Assembly: GCA_030059665.1 (NCBI GenBank)
Contig: JANVYR010000002.1
Location: forward strand, 96,001-160,000
Source of the DNA: Candidatus Calditenuis fumarioli
Lineage (GTDB): Archaea > Thermoproteota > Nitrososphaeria_A > Caldarchaeales > Calditenuaceae
Direction: 5' to 3'
Length of the DNA: 64,000 bases
Of this stretch, positions 59,900-64,000 are shown piece by piece. A program made the translations under genes and the position numbers. The notes below the pieces were generated by a model. It had not been told where the DNA came from. It saw nothing but the letters and a program-made list of their open reading frames with translations, and searched no databases. The stretch's first letter is position 1; every line of letters starts with the position of its first letter.

Positions 59900-59958
59900 G
59901 GGGTCAGCGGTTCCGTGGGAGCTTCATCGCTCACCCCTAGCCAAGCCTATCATCCCCC
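59900..59958 (-). ncRNA. Candidate box C/D guide sRNA
   Basis: Minus strand: GGGG-AUGAUA(C)-guide-GUGA(D')-GC-GAUGA(C')-guide-CUGA(D)-CCCC, ~59 nt, intergenic. Confidence 0.5.
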
Positions 59959-60016
59959 TCTCCCCGCCATACGACCTTCCGCGCGGTGAAAAAGTTCAGC
60001 GTCGACGCAATGGGCG

Positions 60017-60370
60017 TTACACCGTGAGTGTCCTCATAGGCCTCAGCTCCCTCCTGGAGGGGTCCAGCACGAGCCCGAAGACCTCGAGGGTCACCGCGCC
60101 CAACAGGTTCCCGTCGCCCGGCTCCCTCAGCACTACGGGCGTGTGCCTCTCGCCGTAGCCAGGCTGCTCGAGGAGGGACTCCGAGACGCGCCGCCTGATC
60201 GCCGTGCCGTCCGCCAGCAAGAACTCCGTCTCCACCTTCGGTTCGGGCCCAAGTTCCTTCCAGATGGGCTCCGAGAGGACGGTGTAGGTGGCTCCCGAGT
60301 CCACGAGGAACCTGACCCTGACGGCCCTGCCTTCGCGCCTGACCACGCCCTCCACGCAGACCAGCCCCAT
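60017..60370 (-). CDS. Clan AA (retropepsin-like) aspartic protease
   Basis: FLVDSGATYTVL and NLLGAVTLE motifs. Confidence 0.85.
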   Translation of the reverse strand: MGLVCVEGVVRREGRAVRVRFLVDSGATYTVLSEPIWKELGPEPKVETEFLLADGTAIRRRVSESLLEQPGYGERHTPVVLREPGDGNLLGAVTLEVFGLVLDPSRRELRPMRTLTV

Positions 60371-60493
60371 TCTCCCCGTTTTCTACGACCCTCGAGTGAG
60401 CGGTGAGGTTGGTGATGCCCTCCCGTTGCGTGTCTCGTCCCTCCGCTCCAGCAACCCCGCGAAAAGGTTTTCCCGCCGCCAGAGAACGGTTCC

Positions 60494-63115
60494 GTGGAGG
60501 TGTCCTTCGAGAGGCTCTGGGTCTGGGACGTCGAGGAGGTCGGGAGCAGGCTCCGCTGGTACTACATGGTGGCCACGAACCAGAGGCCTGCGAAGTACCT
60601 GATCTGCCGTAGGATACCCGCTGAGTTCGAGGAGGGGATGAGCGATGAGGAGCTCTGGAGCTCCCACAGGAGGGCTGCAGAGGAGTTCAGGAGGGTCTTC
60701 GCCGAGATCAGGGAGGGAACGCTCCGCCTGAGGGACCTCGAGGAGGCCAGGCCGTCGCTGATGGACCTGAAGGTCGCCATCGTGAGGAGGATGCTCAGGA
60801 GGTGCACCTTCTGCAGGTGGAGGTGCAGGGTCGACAGGACTGCCGGAGGCAAGCTGGGGACCTGCATGCTGGCCCACACCTCCAAGGTCAGCTCCTACTT
60901 CCACCACCTCGGCGAGGAGCTCCCGATACGGGGCACGATGGGTTCGGGCACGATCTTCTTCACGTCGTGTAACATGAGGTGCGGGTTCTGCGTCCATCCA
61001 GACACCTACGTGATGACCGACGACGGTCCCAGAAGGATAGAGGATCTGTTCTCAGAGGCTGAGGGGGAAATATTGCACGGCGACGGCTACGTGAGGTTTC
61101 CGAAGGGGTTGTACACTTACACGTACGACGGCAGAAGGGTCAAGGTCTCTAAGGTCTTCAAGCACTTTTACGCCGGTGATCTCATCGTCATCAAGCCCCT
61201 CTACGCACCTCCAATAGCTGTAACGCCAGCCCATGAGTTAGTGGTCTACAGCGAGGAGGAAGGAGGGGTTAGGAAAAAGAAGGCCGGCGAACTCAGCGTA
61301 GGAGATAAGCTGCTGATACCTAGACTGAAGAGGGGAGGCGGTGAGGAAGTCCACATAGACGTAGGGCAAATCTTGGAGAGCGCTGCAGCCGAGCTGAAGT
61401 TCTCCGTGAACGTTCGGCCGGAGATGCACGAACTGGTTGTCAGGCTTCACGAATCTGGCCTGACGTCTGGCGAGATAGGGGAGAGAACGGGTTACCATCC
61501 TGCATATGTTAGAGGCCTTGTGAGCAGGCTGAGGAGGGGCGAGGTAGGCGGTAGGGAGAGGAGGAACTCTTTGGTCTTCGAGGACGGGCTAGTGCGATTA
61601 AAGACGGAGAAGAGACCCGGCATACCAGCTAAGTTGAGGCTTGATGAAGAGGTCGCCGAACTATTGGGATATTATTGCGCTGAGGGGCACGTAAGCAGGT
61701 ATAACGACAGGCCGAGTAGTTACAAATTAGTGATCAGCTTCGGGAAAAATGAAAGGGATTTAGCAGCCAGAACGAAGACCCTCTTGGAGAAGAAGTTCAA
61801 CGTAAGGGCACGGGTAGTTGAGCGCAAGACTACCATAAGCGTCGAGGTGGGCAAAACCTCGCTGGCCCTTCTCTTCAAATCGTTGTGCGGAAGCAACTCA
61901 TACGATAAGAAAGTGCCTCCCCATCTATTCAAAGCTCCTCACAGCGTGATAGAGTCGTTCCTGCAGGCCGTTACCGTGGGGGACGGGTGTATAACAGGAG
62001 GCCACATAGCCGTTAGTACGTCCTCGAGGGAGCTGGCGCATGGATTATACGGGCTATATGTACTGTTGGGGCACCTCCCGAGCTATAACGTCTATAAACC
62101 ATCTGCTGAGAAGATCATAGAGTCCAGGAGAGTTAAGCAATCTACAATTTACTACGTAAAGGTCAGGTTATCCAGGATTCGTGATAGGTCCTGGAAAGAA
62201 GCCAGGCACGTCCGGTACAAATTCACGGACGATTACGTAGTGGTCCCTATATACTCGATATCCAAGAAACGATACATCGGCCCAGTGTACAATATGGAGG
62301 TGGACGATGGGAGTCACACGTACACTGCCAGCTACATAGCCATTGGTAACTGCCAAAACGGCGACATAAGCAAGGACAAGGACAACGGCCTCGACGTGAC
62401 GCCGGAGCTCCTCGCGAAGATGATGTGGGAGCTGAGGGCAGAGGGCTGCCACAACGTCAACCTGGTCGGCGGCGAGCCGACGATACACCTCCACACGATC
62501 GTCGAGGCGATATCCCTGCTGGGCAGGGTGAGGCCGACGCCGAGGGACCTCCAGTACATGTGGCTGATGAAGCCCGACTACCTCAGGTGGAGGAGGGTCC
62601 CTGAGGACAGGTACACCGTCGACGGCGAGTTCAACGTCCCCATCCTGTGGAACTCGAACATGTTCATGACCGGCGAGACGCTGGAGCTGCTCAGGGAGCT
62701 GGTGGACATCTGGCTGCCCGACTTCAAGTTCGGGAACGACAAATGCGCCATCAGGTTGGCGAGGACGCCCTGGTACTGGGAGACGGTGACGGAGAACCAC
62801 AGGAGGATCTACGAGTGGGGAGAGGACATAGTGGTCCGGCACCTCGTTATGCCCAACCACGTCGAGTGCTGCACCAGGCCTGTCCTGAAGTGGATAGCCG
62901 AGAACATGCCCGGGACGCTGGTGAACGTGATGGACCAGTACCATCCCGACTGCTTCGCCGACCCGAGGTCACCCGAGTTCGACCCCAGACTCTCCGACAT
63001 CGCCAGGTACCCGACGAGGGAGGAGATCGCTGAGGCCTACCGCATCGCGGAGGAGCTCGGGATACCATACGAGGTCATCTCCCTCGAGAAGAAGGGCCTC
63101 TTCCTAGGTCTTTAG
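60494..63115 (+). CDS. PflX-like radical SAM protein interrupted by an intein
   Basis: CTFCRWRC N-terminal motif, GSGTIFF, CNMRCGF|intein|CQN, NVNLVGGEP, PDFKFG, RHLVMP, VNVMDQYHP. Confidence 0.9.
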   Translation: MEVSFERLWVWDVEEVGSRLRWYYMVATNQRPAKYLICRRIPAEFEEGMSDEELWSSHRRAAEEFRRVFAEIREGTLRLRDLEEARPSLMDLKVAIVRRMLRRCTFCRWRCRVDRTAGGKLGTCMLAHTSKVSSYFHHLGEELPIRGTMGSGTIFFTSCNMRCGFCVHPDTYVMTDDGPRRIEDLFSEAEGEILHGDGYVRFPKGLYTYTYDGRRVKVSKVFKHFYAGDLIVIKPLYAPPIAVTPAHELVVYSEEEGGVRKKKAGELSVGDKLLIPRLKRGGGEEVHIDVGQILESAAAELKFSVNVRPEMHELVVRLHESGLTSGEIGERTGYHPAYVRGLVSRLRRGEVGGRERRNSLVFEDGLVRLKTEKRPGIPAKLRLDEEVAELLGYYCAEGHVSRYNDRPSSYKLVISFGKNERDLAARTKTLLEKKFNVRARVVERKTTISVEVGKTSLALLFKSLCGSNSYDKKVPPHLFKAPHSVIESFLQAVTVGDGCITGGHIAVSTSSRELAHGLYGLYVLLGHLPSYNVYKPSAEKIIESRRVKQSTIYYVKVRLSRIRDRSWKEARHVRYKFTDDYVVVPIYSISKKRYIGPVYNMEVDDGSHTYTASYIAIGNCQNGDISKDKDNGLDVTPELLAKMMWELRAEGCHNVNLVGGEPTIHLHTIVEAISLLGRVRPTPRDLQYMWLMKPDYLRWRRVPEDRYTVDGEFNVPILWNSNMFMTGETLELLRELVDIWLPDFKFGNDKCAIRLARTPWYWETVTENHRRIYEWGEDIVVRHLVMPNHVECCTRPVLKWIAENMPGTLVNVMDQYHPDCFADPRSPEFDPRLSDIARYPTREEIAEAYRIAEELGIPYEVISLEKKGLFLGL
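60989..62350 (+). mobile_element. Intein (454 aa) with a LAGLIDADG homing endonuclease
   Basis: Starts CVHPDTYV, block B VTPAH, LLGYYCAEG and FLQAVTVGDG endonuclease motifs, ends VYNMEV...IAIGN before Cys+1; visibly lower GC than its flanks. Confidence 0.93.
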
Positions 63116-63256
63116 GGCGGAAAGCGGAAGGATTAGTCCCAATCCGGTGACGTCCCTTGCCGGATATCGGAGCAGATCAATTCGTTAGGTCCTTCATCCT
63201 CACCCGAGTTACGTTTATGTTACGGACGAGCGTGGTCAGGTCAAGGTAGGTGACGC

Positions 63257-63430
63257 ATGGCGTCCGTGAGCTGTCCGGTCTGCGAGGCAGGCGTTGAGGT
63301 TCCCGACGACGCACTGGAGGGAGAGCTCTTCGAGTGCAGCTCCTGCGGTGCCCACCTGGAGTTCTACCTCGAGGCGGGGAAGCCGAGGCTGAAGCTCGCC
63401 GAGGAGGTCAGCGAGGACTGGGGCGAGTGA
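63257..63430 (+). CDS. lysW: Amino-group carrier protein LysW
   Basis: 57 aa (missed by the ORF track): CPVC...CSSC zinc ribbon and C-terminal EDWGE. Confidence 0.97.
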   Translation: MASVSCPVCEAGVEVPDDALEGELFECSSCGAHLEFYLEAGKPRLKLAEEVSEDWGE

Positions 63431-63437
63431 CCAGGGC

Positions 63438-64000
63438 TTGAGGATCGGCGTGACCTACGACCTGGTCCGGGAGGAGGAGAGGCTTCTCGTAGAGGCCGCC
63501 AAGAGGCTCGGCCACGAGGTCAAACCCATCTTCGTGCCGAAGATGCTGGCCCGGATCGACGGCGACGCGCCGGAGAACCTGAGGGGCCTGGACTTCGTCC
63601 TGGAGAGGTGCGTCAGCTTCTACCGCGCCCTGGCGAGCTCCGCCGTCCTCGAGGGCTGGGGCCTCAGGGTCGTGAACCCTCACCAGGTCATCAGGGACTG
63701 CGGCGACAAGCTGGTGACCACCATCAGGCTCAGGTCGAGGGGCGTCCCGGTTCCGAGGACGGTCGTGGCCTTCACGAGGGAGGGAGCGGTGGAAGCCGCG
63801 CGGGAGCTCGGTTACCCTGTGGTGGTCAAGCCCATCTACGGCAGCTGGGGGAGGCTCATGGCCAGGGCCCTCAGCGAGGACGACCTCCTCGACGTGATAG
63901 ACTTCAGGGAGTCGATGCCGGTCTCCCACTTCAAGGTCCACTACCTCCAGGAGTTCGTCAACAAGCCCGGCAGGGACATCAGGTCCTTCTACGTATGGGG
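63438..64000 (+). CDS. lysX: LysX/ArgX ATP-grasp ligase (partial, runs off window end)
   Basis: TTG start MRIGVTYDLVREEERLL, LERCVS, CGDKLVT, KPIYGSWGRL, YLQEFVNKPGRDIR. Confidence 0.9.
   Translation, partial: MRIGVTYDLVREEERLLVEAAKRLGHEVKPIFVPKMLARIDGDAPENLRGLDFVLERCVSFYRALASSAVLEGWGLRVVNPHQVIRDCGDKLVTTIRLRSRGVPVPRTVVAFTREGAVEAARELGYPVVVKPIYGSWGRLMARALSEDDLLDVIDFRESMPVSHFKVHYLQEFVNKPGRDIRSFYVW

Overview
64 kb of a high-GC archaeal chromosome. Unsplit RNA polymerase A and B subunits, aIF2-gamma, TFE, aTrm56, class I HMG-CoA reductase and LysW/LysX suggest a TACK lineage, most plausibly Nitrososphaeria/'Aigarchaeota' (inference). Mostly housekeeping genes: molybdate/tungstate ABC transporter with ModE, tyrS, rpoH-B-A, tpiA, lhr, serS, RNase P RNA and Rpp21, fumC, ino1, lysWX. 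Accessory content includes three HEPN-MNT pairs (one frameshifted), an orphan Csx1-type CARF-HEPN nuclease, a lower-GC islet and a homing-endonuclease intein inside a radical-SAM CxxxCxxC motif. No tRNA, rRNA or true CRISPR array was found. Top leads: (1) a three-gene cluster of a short hinge-less SMC ATPase with Smc5/6-like motifs, a kleisin and a Nse1/Nse3-like KITE protein; (2) a ~40-nt element upstream of serS that is antisense to serS's own coding sequence; (3) a copper export/maturation operon with a two-domain multicopper oxidase carrying type-1 sites in both domains and a TAT-NosL-thioredoxin fusion. All family calls come from motif recognition by eye; no database searches were run.
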